A stretch of 51,155 nt of DNA, the filler included, from Sphacelaria rigidula (lineage: Eukaryota), in NCBI GenBank assembly GCA_964200075.2. It is 2 parts of 2 records of this genome, joined end to end, with 100 filler letters (N's around TTAATTAATTAA, not from the genome) between each part and the next. Parts side by side here need not be neighbours in the genome. Positions count along the whole stretch, not along the records: positions 1 to 25,540 come from CAXNAA020000163.1; positions 25,641 to 51,155 come from CAXNAA020000164.1. One strand, 5' to 3'. Made by a program: the position numbers and the translations under genes. Under the pieces are notes generated by a model. The model was not told the origin of the DNA. It saw only the letters and a program-made list of their open reading frames with translations, and did not search any database. Below are positions 24,201 to 35,194 of the stretch, piece after piece. Each line of letters opens with the position of its first letter. Position 1 is the stretch's first letter.

Positions 24201-24750
24201 TGCTTGAAGCGGGGGTGGTAAAAGCTCTGTTGTGCGGATGTGCCACATGGACGTTACGTTTTGAGGACTTCGACAGTATGCACACTGCCCATGACAAGCT
24301 TTTGCTGCGAGTGGTTGAATTCCGCAGGAAAGATCGAGGTGGCTACAGGACTCTTCCATACAGAGCGGTGCTCGAGATGACCAACAGCGAACGTATCGAG
24401 ACGGCTACCCGCAAATGTCGACTTTGGTCCGCGGGAGCCCTTGTCCGGCAAAAGGAAATACTTTCTTAAGCGCATCATGAACAGACGGGTAACCGCACGA
24501 GGGCATGGGGAGTCTCGCCCCCCCCCCCCCCCCCCCCCCCGGAGAGGGGGAAGAGCGCCCGCGACCGCCCGGACGCGGGGGGGGGGGTTGAGGAGAGGGG
24601 GACGACGGCAATTGCTCGTCTACGGTGTAGAGGTCAATGATGCATACGGTTGGGTTACTGCGGCGAAGAACATGAGAAAAGGGTATATTGGAGTCGACAA
24701 GGGAGCGGAAGAGGTTAACGAGATTCGGACCGTCGTTACAAACTAGAGGC
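21250..24750 (+). pseudogene. APE endonuclease-reverse transcriptase ORF of the RTE element, disrupted
   Basis: VKVATYIVRTL; CDVIGLKETRR; QHGVGLAV; VAYAPT; LVNTF; ASDHNIV; EEWKDAAI; FQEEQCEFR; IDLRKADDSVDR; degenerate MLYAANA at the YADD position; FVYLGGAIS; ALLCGCATWTL. Confidence 0.92.
21671..21971 (-). mobile_element. tRNA-derived SINE, family 1
   Basis: Minus strand: A-box TGGTGCAATGG, B-box GGGTTCGATTCCC, 3' end gagaccacggacc...gttcaaagtgcgac plus an A-rich tail. Imperfect TSD ggcagca / ggcggca. Interrupts the APE domain. Confidence 0.85.
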
Positions 24751-25540
24751 TGCTGCGTCGAGAGCAACCAATCAAACAATTCTGTCTGCCCCTATCGCTT
24801 GTTGATTGTGTCCTTGATCGGTGACTCTGAGGTGCCCCCTCGTGTGTGTTTTGTATCTGCTCTGCTACCCTGACTTCTTCGGACTTCAACACACCTGTAG
24901 TCTACTTCTCAAGTGCTCTCTTGTTTCCCCAGCTTTCTATATGTGTATTCTTTCCTGCCGGTGTACGCCAGAGCAGTGTGATACCTCGCTTCGTTGTGTT
25001 TGTCCATGGATGAGAGGGTCCACACTTCAAACAGTGCGGTCGTAGTATATGAGCCGCGATATTTTTCTTTTCCCATGGTCTTTTGTTCCTACGACTGAGT
25101 ACGAATGTGGTTCTGCTTCAGACCTTTCCCGCCGAAGCTATGTGGCAGAGGCCGGCCGCTCTTCTTTCTTTGCTTTTCTCTTATTTTTCTCTATTTTCTT
25201 TTTTCTGTCTTGGTCTACTGTGCTGTCCTGTTCTACCTGGTCCTTTATTTTTCTTGAGCGAGTACTTCAGTTTTGTTTTGTCTCGGGTACGTGTATCATG
25301 TCACCACGGCTGGATCCCTGGGGCGTCAGATGAAGTGCGGCGATCAATCTATCAATCCACATAAATCAGTTTTCGACAGAAAACCCCAGTTGCGGTGTAC
25401 AATTTCAAGTTGTTTGTACGAAGCTTGGACACGATGTACGTGAGGTATGTGCAAAGACCCTACTCGACACCCCGCCCAAAAAAAAAAGCAAATACAGGAA
25501 AAGAATGAAGGAAAAAAAAAAGGAGGGTAAACAAAAAAAA

Positions 25541-25640
25541 NNNNNNNNNNNNNNNNNNNNNNNNNNNNNNNNNNNNNNNNNNNNTTAATTAATTAANNNN
25601 NNNNNNNNNNNNNNNNNNNNNNNNNNNNNNNNNNNNNNNN
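25541..25640. other. Assembly linker: N44 + TTAATTAATTAA + N44
   Basis: Exactly 100 bp with a central palindrome giving stops in all six frames, typical of artificial scaffold joins. Confidence 0.95.
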
Positions 25641-25809
25641 TCTTCTTTGTCAGGGCTTCTCATAATGAGGCGTCTGGCCCGGGGACGGGAGGGGAGGGTT
25701 CCCAAAGGGTTAACCGGTGCTTGAATTTATGTTCATGTCCAAGGAGGCCCCAAAACGCCATTTTGATACTAAAATCTAGTAGTTTGCCGTTTCACCGTGG
25801 CACGTCAAG

Positions 25810-26140
25810 GTTCATCGCACAAACGCGAAATCTTCACGCCGTTTCAAGGAGTTAGACCCTGAAATTTTGCACAAGTGTGCTATGGGTTATTACACAACTT
25901 TGTACGAACGAGTTTTTTTTCATCGTTTTACCGTTTCCCGGGGTCCGACTGGATCGAAGTTTCCCCGAAAAAAATGGTACCCCGGAAAAACGGTGAAAAA
26001 GTCAAAAAGTCAATATTAGGAAAAAAATCGGCCGTGGGAAGTTGCGTAATGACCCATTGAACACCTGTGCAGAATTGCAGGGTCTAACTCCTTAAACGGC
26101 GTGAAGTTTCGTCGATGAGTGTCTTTTTTTTTTCGTGAAC
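25810..26140. repeat. Inverted repeat / probable MITE, arms at least 70 bp
   Basis: cttcacgccgtttcaaggagttagaccctgaaattttgcacaagtg pairs with cacctgtgcagaattgcagggtctaactccttaaacggcgtgaag; inner pairing ttttaccgttt / aaacggtgaaa. Confidence 0.85.
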
Positions 26141-26287
26141 CAGGCTGTAGTAGGGCCTCCATTGCCTCCGCTTTCAGCAGTGGGATCTTGAGTCTCCATC
26201 GTGCTTTCGGTCGGTCAAAGAGCTTCCGGGAGAACTTCCTGATGCACGCCTACGCTGCTCTGCTCCGATTGTTGATTTCTTGCTTAA

Positions 26288-26385
26288 CCCTTAGACCGCG
26301 AGGTTAGTCTTCTGTTGAATTGGCATCAATTTCAAGTGTAAAAGAGTATGCATGATCCAGAAAGACTAATTTCGCGGTCCAAGGG
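26288..26385. mobile_element. piggyBac-type MITE, best-preserved copy
   Basis: TTAA-cccttagaccgcgaggttagtctt...aagactaatttcgcggtccaaggg-TTAA. Confidence 0.9.
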
Positions 26386-26439
26386 TTAAGTTCGCCCTCT
26401 CCGCTGGCGAGCGCGCCCGAGTATCGGAACTTCTTTTCT

Positions 26440-28350
26440 GGGCTTATTTCAGGCCCGATGCTTCGATGGTCAGCGGTGGAGGAGATGGCGTTGATGACTC
26501 CCCCTTCTTTGGTGCTTGCCTCGGCACTCGCATCAAGAGAGTCTCCGTCTTTTTCTCCGATGCGGTCAGTCCAAAGGCCCCAAACACGTGCACTATGATG
26601 GTCGTCATCCTCGCCAGTCCGTCGGGGGATCTCGAGATGACGCCGGCATCGTCGGCATACAGCATTCCCCACACCGGTCTCCGTACACGTTCCAGCGGTA
26701 TCTCCGCTCCCCTCCCCGTCTCCTCATCGAGATATACCATGTCCTTTATGATGACATCATCCTCGCCGAATCGCACGAGGACTATCTCGAACACTGCCGC
26801 GAAGAAGATGTTGAACAGCAGGGGAGACAGTACACATCCTTTTCGCAGTCCCTGTGTGACTTCAAACCACTCCGAGAGCTCGCCGTCGTCCATGTGTACG
26901 CGGGCCTGCATACCGTCGTGGACTTGGCGGATAACTACTATCGTCTCATCCGGAATACCAGCTCGGGCCAGCACCTGCCACAGAAGCTCTCGGTCGATGG
27001 AGTCATATGACTTCTGGAGGTCGACGAAGCACATGTACAGCGGTATTTTCCGCCGCCGTCCCAGCTCCTGGAGTCGGTGCACTACGAACAGCATGTCGAC
27101 AGTGGATCGGTCAGGTCGGAAGCTGCACTGTTCCTCCGGTAATATCCCGTGCGCTTCGCAGTACAGTAGTGAGCGGTCTAACTATTCATTTTGAGGCATT
27201 TGGTTTTTTCTTCGTAATTGGAGATTTTCTTGGGCTCTTTCGCTTGCCACCACTTATCATATTGAGGATCTGAAAATATTTGTATCCGATCCACATTCCA
27301 AGAAAAAAAATCATATATACTTTATATTGAGTGACTTACGGGCTGACCGGTCATCGGGGGTCCTGCGACGTTTCAGATTCTTACTCTTCGGTATTTTGGG
27401 CCAATCGAGCCTGTCCCGATCACATTTCTAAAAGAAGGTACAGTTTTATTTTTTTGAAATTCTGCCGACACATTGCACTAGAGTCGAAAAACTGTTTTCC
27501 ACGGTCAATCACACCCTCCTGATGAACGGAGTATTTACTCGTTTCGCCCGATAACACCAACTAGCACTGACTTGGGCACTTTGTTTTGAGGATGATCTGT
27601 TTTTTGTACCAAAATGTACCGGCACCTCGTAGTAATTTCGAGTTCTATCGAAGAGTAGTACGCGAGGAGAACCTCAAAACCCCACTGAATAGTTAGACCG
27701 CCCACTACTGTAGTCGCTGAGGCGGTTGGCCACTACCTTCAGAAACACTCTCCCTGCGTGCGACACCAGACAGATCCCCTGTAGTTATTGCAGTTGGACC
27801 CGTGCGATTTCTTGTACAGCACCTTGATGGCTGCATCTTTCCACTCCTGCGGGATCTGCCCTTCGTTCCACACCTCGACGATAATGGTATGGAAGCGTTC
27901 GAGGACGATGGGCTCGGCGTGGCCGTCGATCTTGAGCAGCTCCACAGGGAGGGAGTCGTGTCCTGGCGCTTTCCAGTTGTGCATCCTCCGGACTGCTCGT
28001 CTGGTTTCCTCCAGTGTTGTTGCTGCCCCGAGCGGTTCTGAATCCCCCGTGGTTGACGCTGCCGGTCGCTGCTTCACCTCCTCGATGATGGCTGGGTTCA
28101 GCGTGGGCGGTTTGGCGTTGAGCAGAGTGCGGAAGAATCTCGCCCACCTTTTAAATTTTGCTCCTCAGTAGGACGCCGTTCTCGTCCTGTATGAACTGCT
28201 GCCCCCCGGATTGCCTTCCACCAAGACCCCCCGATCTCTTGAGGTGTTTGTACAGGTCTGTCATGTCGCGATCCTTGTAGATCGCTTCTAGCCTTGCCAA
28301 AATACATCTCCAGATGTGCATAGCTGCTGTACGCACGAGAAAGGCTGCCG
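26440..28350 (-). mobile_element. RTE-clade LINE internal fragment (reverse transcriptase)
   Basis: NWKAPGHDSLPVELLK; EWKDAAIKVLYKK...CNNYRG; LPEEQCSFRP; CFVDLQKSYDSIDR; QGLRKGCVLSPLLFNIF; MLYADD. Split by the MITE at 27164-27710. Confidence 0.95.
27164..27710. mobile_element. Tc1/mariner-type non-autonomous element
   Basis: 25-bp TIR cagtagtgagcggtctaactattca / tgaatagttagaccgcccactactg with TA TSD. Excision restores the RT frame RLSDY|CEAHGIL. Confidence 0.92.
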
Positions 28351-28979
28351 GAAATGCAAAATCCGCTCCGTTTGAAAAACTTAAACGGAGCACATCTCTA
28401 CTCAACCCCCCTTTCGAAATACTGATCAATCCAGGTTCTCGTTTCGATCTTCAACTTGGACTGAAATACAATACCGTACTCCAGGACTGCCTTGAAGGAT
28501 CCGGGCTTTTGCCACTACCAAATGCGCATGAAACTATACTTGGGACTTGAGACGCTATATCGCGGGGTAGATGTCAAGGACGACTACGATGACAGTCGCA
28601 AGTCAGTGCTGCAGTACTACACTGTCGTACGGTACAACAACGACAGAGGGGTTCAGTGCCCCAGGACTGCGTGACAGGATCCGATCATTTGTGTAGTTTT
28701 GTGCAAGATGTGCACACACTGATGTACTGTCAGTTGTGCCGTAAATAAATCCTTCAGCCTTTAGCGGGGAAATCTTGAATACGATTGCCTCCGCATCAAC
28801 GGAACAGCCCTATGGTAATACTGCACTGACGACACTGTTGTCGTACCAAAGATAAAGACCCAAGGTACGCTGAAAAGATTACGACCAAGGGTTTGGGCGT
28901 GTCCCATCCGACAGATCGCCGCAGGATTTTGTGATGACATGCATTCGGAGCAGCACACTGATCGGTACAAGGACACTCA

Positions 28980-29080
28980 TCCTGTTGACCTTCTTCCTGT
29001 GTGACCCCGGCTGGTGGGCCCACACACACCGAAAGGTGTAGACCAGCGTCCAGAGTAGATGAGACGATAACACACACACA
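28980..29080 (+). mobile_element. 3' fragment of SINE family 2
   Basis: cctgtgtgaccccggctggtgggcccac...ccgaaaggtgtagac.agcgtccaga...acacacac is the reverse complement of 50171-50255. Confidence 0.75.
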
Positions 29081-30139
29081 ATTCATCATGTCACACATGC
29101 TTCGTGTAAGGGCTTTACCCGATCATCATCGTTTGATCCAAAAACGAAAACAAGGAGAACAAATGTCTGTTGCTGCTGTTACGGTCGCAGTGCTGTATGT
29201 TCTCTCACCCCCGTGGATTGCCCATGAAGCAGCAGCAGCAGCAGCAGCGGCGGCGGCAGAAGCCTAGAAAGGGTCTCCGCCGAAGGAGCAACACGGATAG
29301 CACTCATCAAAATCTGGAAATTATTTGTGTACAGACAGTCTACAGAGGCGGCTAAACTCCGGCAGACTGAGGACCTGCTGCAGATGCAAGTGAAGGTTGC
29401 AGGGTACGAGTATGACACAGGAAAACGCGAAATTATTCCGAAACGACCCCCCTCAGTGCGGCCAACAGTAAATTAGATCAGATATAGAACAACAGCAGCT
29501 CAGAGCAGTACATCCAGAGCGCGTTGGTACCATACCGCAGGGCATCAACCAGACTGCTTTGCTGTCGAGCACCCGGTGTTGTGCTATTTGTAGATGCCCC
29601 GCCGCCGCCGCCGAGTTACGATGACCGCTGCTACTGCTGCTGCTGCTGCTGCAGCTCTAACGTTCGGATCATGCTCAGCCACGAGGTTTGCTGGTAGAAG
29701 CTTCGGTAGAAGCGACGGCGTGTCTGTGTGGGCTCTACAACGACGGGGTACATTGCTCATTGGTGCTGTACCTGGAGTGTCTCACTGCGAGAGAAGGAGG
29801 CTGTCTCGCTGTGGTGGTTCAGCTGGGTGAGTTGGGGTATGTATATCTGGGCATTAGATTTTGAACATTTGTGCCTCGCCAACACATGATATCTGCTGTT
29901 CGCCACGAGGTTCTCGGGGTGCGCCGAAGAACCTTCACCTATTCCAGTCCAAAAGGCTTGACCAAATCGTGGGAAGCGGGTTTGCAGTAAGGGATGACGT
30001 GCAGTCGAAAAAAGACACCGGACCCCTACAGTTGACTTTTGGGGATGTGACGGGATTTGTGAGGCTGTGGAAGGGGGGGTGTTTTCCAGCAAATGCGTTC
30101 TCCCTGCATCCATACTGTACTGCACAAGAACCGTAGATA

Positions 30140-30550
30140 AGGTACCGTACCGAGCGTACCCCCGGCAAATACCGGGGTATCCCATACCGTGGTATGCGTG
30201 AATATCGTAGGTATGAGTTCCGAAAGTACCAGGGATATACACGTTACACGGGCCATAGCGTTACACGTTACGTTCACGTTACGTTTCGGCCAAAACGTAA
30301 CGTGAACGTTGAAAAAAATTCGTGAAACGTGAACGCAACCCTAAATTTTGAAATGAAACGGTAACGTGACGTTAATTGTTTTAACGTGACATGCGTAACG
30401 TAAAGTGAACGTCAAATTGCCCGAACGTCCAAAACATGTAATATGAAACGTTTCATGTACCGTGTAACGTCTATTACAAGTTACACGTCCATTAGACGTT
30501 ACACGTTGCACGAAACGTTTCCTACAACGTTACACGTTACATGAAACGCC
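30140..30550. repeat. Short-motif arrays (TACC-rich, then AACGT/GTTAC-rich), resembling DNA-transposon subterminal repeats
   Basis: Many acgt-centred motifs in both orientations over 30240-30550 and tacc/ggta motifs over 30140-30240. No closed TIR/TSD found. Confidence 0.7.
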
Positions 30551-32224
30551 ATGAATACGATGTCAACTCCAAGTTTGCGATGCAATGTAAAATCCTAGAA
30601 GATTTCGCTTCAATAATAACCAGTGAGGTTTGAATGACCTGTATAGGACATACTATTTCAGCAAGTTCGCGCGCTCTGCGCCACCTCACACCATAAGCTA
30701 TCGTGACAGCATAACATCATAACATCATAATCTTGACCACTCATATGTAGAGACTGGGTGTGATGTACACGTGCACGTGGCGTTCACGTGCTGCAGTACA
30801 TGACATGGATCCGGGGGGGGAACGGCAGGTACACAACGAGGGGGTGCCGCAGTAGCCTCCGGCCAATCTCGGCCGTTGCCTGCAGCTGCAGCATCTGATG
30901 CGGGACTCGCCTGCCCCGTGGCCGATTACTTGTAGTGCGCAGTTAACATGTATGTAGTGGGCGGAGAGGAAGGAGCGGTATATAGGCAATTGATCTCGGT
31001 AGCTGAGAATTGCCCAGAACGTGCAAGGTAGTATGCAGCGGCAGCTGCTGCTGCAGTCGGAGAGGCGTACTGCACTGCACTGTACTATACTACATGTATG
31101 CGCGCCGTAACGCTGATATCTTTTGAAGAGAATTTGCCGCATATAACGAAGAGGGAAATGGCGATCCACCCCGACCACAAGGGGCTGTGTGGCAAGGTGA
31201 TGGGGACAAGAATATCACTCAAAGCCACAAGTGGCGGGCGGCCCGCCGGTCGCCGCATCCTCGTGGAAGCTCTCTACCGCGACCCACACTGCTTGCTACA
31301 TAAGATGTACATTACCTAATGCGCACCCTGCACCTGAAAATAGATAGAGTGAAACTTTTGTTCTTCCTCATAACCCTGCGGCTACATATGCGGATTTTCT
31401 GCAACACGCCACTGTCCCGTGCAGACGCCAGACACGTCATTCCTCACCAGCCTCTTTGGTCGTTCTGCAGGCCCTGTCCCGAAAGGGTTAATACAAACCC
31501 CCCTACCCCTTCCCCTTAGAGATACAGCCAACGTATCCCCTCCCCGAACACTTTGAGCGGGAAGGAGGTGTTATCCAAGATGTGAGCCATATGCGGCCGA
31601 ACAACAATGAATCTGAACATGTGACCGGTATCAATGGAGAGCCGATAACCTTCCCTAATTGATTGATATCTGTTTTTTGGGGGGGGACGAAAGAGATTCC
31701 GGGAAATATATTTTCTCATCCCGTCCCTTCATTCGCGCCGGGATTGTCATCTCTTGTCAGGGCGTGTTGAGTGCAAATGACGATGGCCCTCAACACGCGA
31801 GTGTTTCACTAGAACGTATCCTTCCTACTCGCTGGTTCGGAACCACCCTCCCCCAACCACTCTCTCATCGTCTATCTCCTTCAAGGGTTGGCATCAGTTG
31901 GTAAGGACGGTGTATAACACGCCACTCGCTGCGCAAGCTAGGCAACCAGGTTACCGATTTTTTTTTCTCGCTTGCGTTTTTTTGCGATGATCGTGATGAT
32001 CGAGGTAGGTCATAGTGTGCGGCGTGAAGAATCCTACTCCGCGCAAAGGGGATGGTGGTAATATGCACTGTTCAAATTGTGAGACGCCCATGGGACAGTA
32101 TAACTCACGGCTGTCTACAGAAGTGACGATACCAGAAATTGAAGCAACTCATTCGAGGCTGTGATCCATATGCAACGTAATTAGTACGGTTCGGGCCAAA
32201 CAGTCTTAACCAGATGCAGGTCAC

Positions 32225-32395
32225 CCACCCCTCATGCGACTCGCCGAACACATGACGGGGCTTCTTAGTTTGTGGTCGCAAGCCTGGTCCGGCGAAAACG
32301 TGGCGTGCTCCGTCCCGGCTTTGTAGGGATACGAGGTCAATGGTCTTACGACTACGGCATGTAGGATCATGAGTACACCCCACGCCCCCAAGCAT
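32225..32395. repeat. Dispersed repeat family with a tgagtac-(C)n motif
   Basis: Matches 46050-46220 (atgcgactcgcc.aacacat; agcctggtc.ggcgaaaac; gcgtgctccgtccc; gaggtcaatg; atgagtac). Partial copies at 1-45, 45705-45765, 46245-46320 and 51040-51155. Confidence 0.75.
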
Positions 32396-33550
32396 GAGAT
32401 GAGTATGTCTACTCCTCAAACAACCTCACCCTGGTGAGGGTGTCGTGTGACCTGTTGACCGTTTGGGAGAGGATTATATGATGCTTCTAGACGCATGTCA
32501 GGTGTGGTCAAAACATTGACACCCTTACTGTGTACCCCTAGGATAGCCAGGGGCACCACATTTCGTTGGCGTCAGGACAAGACGGTGTATACCACCCCTG
32601 GAGACGGTTTCTTTCCCACCCCTGGAAAACCCACGGCAACTGACCTCCACATGAAATACAATGATTACGGTAATCGAAATTCTACATGGAGCAGAAAATC
32701 AATTCCAAATCGATTCAGTCTAGAGTGCTGTTTGAAAATATCCTCTACAGAGTCTGCGCAATGGAGACTGAACAACATAAAATGAAAATATCCAAAAAAT
32801 CAAATAGAGAGCAAACGCTATAAGAGGGTAGATGACACCGAGGGGGTAAACGAGGAAATTTGTTGTCCTTGGATTACAGTCATGTAGCATTATCAGAGAA
32901 GCACATTAGACAGGGCGTGTCTAGCCTACACGCGACATAGCACTGTCAGTTTCGAAACAGAACTTATCCTGAGTGTCATATATTCAACCATGACAACATG
33001 GGATACCGTCTGTACGTAGTGACAAAACCTCAAAAGCAATTATCTCACTGAAATGGAATGGTAGTTTCCCGCTCCCCAACAAAATGCGCCGTCCTGCTCT
33101 GCTCTTCTCCGATTCAGGGTCCTCTCCCGTTGCGAGATCGGCCTCCTGACTCTGCCATCCGTCACCACCAGCGACCATGGCCCCGTATTTTCTCGTCGTT
33201 GTTCGCAGTCAGTATCCCCTCTGCTCATTCTCGTATGAGCCCCTTCTCCTTGGTGTACTCCAGTTACGGCGTTGCAATGTCTCGTCCGGGAGGCTCAGCC
33301 AGACCTATCCCGTCCGTCGACGACCGCTCCTCCTTCATCCTTATCGCCGAAACCAGCCTACGTACTGGTGCTCGGTCGTTGGTATTAAGAAATGTGCAGG
33401 TCAGCTTTCGACGGTCTCGTTTGCCTCCTCGCACACATCAAATAAAGCAATATGACCGCAACACTCGAGGTGTTGACAAGTTGTATTGCCTTAGGACGAA
33501 GGCATGTGTCTGATTGACACTGCACTGACCAAACTCCACTACCACACCAC

Positions 33551-34130
33551 AGCCTTGGTCAGGGTAGTAGCAAGAAGTAATCACTCCTTGATGAGTCCGG
33601 CCATACATCCGCCGAAAAAACCATTCCCACGCCGTACCTACAAGACCGATCTTGTCCTCGGTCAGAGGATGGGTATATATATATATGTAACAAATATCCA
33701 TTTTATCTTTTTCGCCGTTGACGAGCCTTGGACGCAGGTGAACTTGTTTCACTTGATTTTAGAGTTCGGCTAAACAGGGTCATTCCGTCGTTCCCAGAAG
33801 ATCTTGAAGGCCAACATTTGCTCTTACTTGATTATTGAGTACGGCGAAACGGGGTCATTTTGTTCTCTCAAGCTCTGACGAAGTAGCATTTCATTATTGC
33901 CCTTCAGGAGGTTTCGGGAGCATCGCTTCCCCGGCAGTGCTCTGCATGGTGCTTTCCGCCTTTCTTTCCTCGCCATGGCGGTGGACCCTTCGTGCGTCCA
34001 TGTCACACCGCACACAGGACTGTCAGACTCTTTCCCAGAGGCTCTGAGACAGGTGCATTTTTTCACTTGCTTTTAGAGTACGGCGAAACGGGGTCTCTTT
34101 GTGACCCGTTGACCGTCGGAGATGCCACCT
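33551..34130 (+). pseudogene. Ser/Thr protein-kinase N-lobe relic, partly triplicated
   Basis: SLGQGSSKK*SLLDESGHTSAEKTIP...SE...KYPF...HLILEFG*TGSF resembles subdomains I-V. Second hinge YLIIEYGETGSF. Third unit SGGFGSI...HRTVRLF...FHLLLEYGETGSLCD. No HRD or DFG motif follows. Confidence 0.55.
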
Positions 34131-34547
34131 CTTACCGCATACAGGTCCCGCATTCCTTCGTGGAACCGGTATCGTTCTCACTTGAAAATTGAATCAGAAT
34201 CACGCTCAGTTGGATGAGTTGTGCGGAACGACTCTCCATCCAATCTCGGCGCATACGGGGAGCATGTTGTGACCTTGCCCGCATGTCGAATCGTCTCGAC
34301 TGTACTTCCATTTTCCTATCTCTGGACTGCTGTTGTTGTTGCTGCTGCTTCTGCTCTGCCATAGATGCCTTTTTTCGTCATGAGGTGCCGGCTTATATTT
34401 TTCTTTTTCTGTCGGCAGACGGTCGCTCTGATGGCTCAGTTGGTAACCCTCAATCTTCATGGTGGTTGGGTCGTCGGTTCGAACCTCAGTGCAGTTACAC
34501 TACCTGGAGTTTTGTCACACACCATGTTCAACAGTGGACGGCGACTA

Positions 34548-35194
34548 CAAACAATGTTTTCGTGAGATTGAGAGTAGAGCGCTGATTGAGAGCACACACG
34601 GCCATTTGGCTACACCCCAAAATGCCTCCAGAGGGATGCGCGGCCCTCCAGGGGGAAAACAAGCCTCCGGAGGCCTTCCATCACTCTAGACGAGACCAAA
34701 CTCTACCGACCCGGAGGGCCGCGCACCCCTCCGGAGGAATTTGGGGGTATGCGCGGCCCTCCAGAGACATGAATAAGCCTCCGGAGGCGTTCAACCCCTC
34801 TGGAGGGAACGAAAAAATGTCCTCTGGAGGGCCGCGCCCCCCTCGGGAGGCGTTTAATTCCGCTGGAGGCTCGAAAAGTGTACCCACCTGGAGGAAGTTT
34901 GGAGGTAGCCAAATGGCCGCGTGTGAGTGGCTTTGACTATTCGCTTCAACGCAGCCAGTTTTTCATTCCGTGCGTGGTTTTCTTCGCCTCTAGCACGGAC
35001 GTGTGCATACAGCTACACGTCGATATCTTACTCAGGGGTATCAAGGGTCTCAGTGGCAAGCTCCTACAGTACGGAGAGCATCTTGTGCCTCGTGGAGGGG
35101 CATTTCGGAACTGAAACGATTCATTAACTAATTGACCACTCTTCACTCTCAATCGTATCTTCTATTCTCAATCTCACGAAGACATTGTTTACAG
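34548..35194. mobile_element. TA-flanked (Tc1/mariner-type) MITE inside the SINE
   Basis: TIR aaacaatgttttcgtgagattgagagtag / ctattctcaatctcacgaagacattgttt; TA on both sides; empty site gcgactatgtcgtg in the other SINE copy. Confidence 0.8.
34593..34929. mobile_element. TIR element with internal cctcc(a/g)gagg repeats, nested in the MITE
   Basis: cacacacggccatttggctac / gtagccaaatggccgcgtgtgagtg; many near-palindromic cctccggagg-like units inside. TSD unclear. Confidence 0.8.

Larger units (their letters stand above)
20420..25360 (+). mobile_element. Near-full-length decayed RTE-clade LINE
   Basis: APE and RT relics in order, followed by a 3' UTR ending ccacggctggatccctggggcgtcagatgaagtgcggcg-atcaatctatcaatc. 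The 5' boundary is approximate. Confidence 0.88.

Noticed and set aside
24518..24600. Poly-C / poly-G tract as a G-quadruplex or regulatory element
   Set aside because: It lies within decayed RTE sequence and looks like homopolymer expansion or low-quality sequence.
29227..29655. CAG/GCG/GCT triplet runs suggesting poly-Q or poly-A exons
   Set aside because: Short simple repeats with no supporting ORF or splice structure.
33050..33370. Possible RTEX C-terminal fragment on the minus strand (GRWW...QEADL)
   Set aside because: Similarity is too degenerate to support by eye.
33751..34098. Three ~35-bp direct repeats with spacers, superficially CRISPR-like
   Set aside because: Spacers are irregular (~40 and ~200 bp), there are no cas genes, the context is eukaryotic, and the repeats translate as a kinase hinge motif.
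34421..34500. tRNA genes at the A/B-box sites (also ~21900-21970 and ~50455-50531)
   Set aside because: No complete cloverleaf, and each continues into a repeated body and tail, so these are SINE heads.
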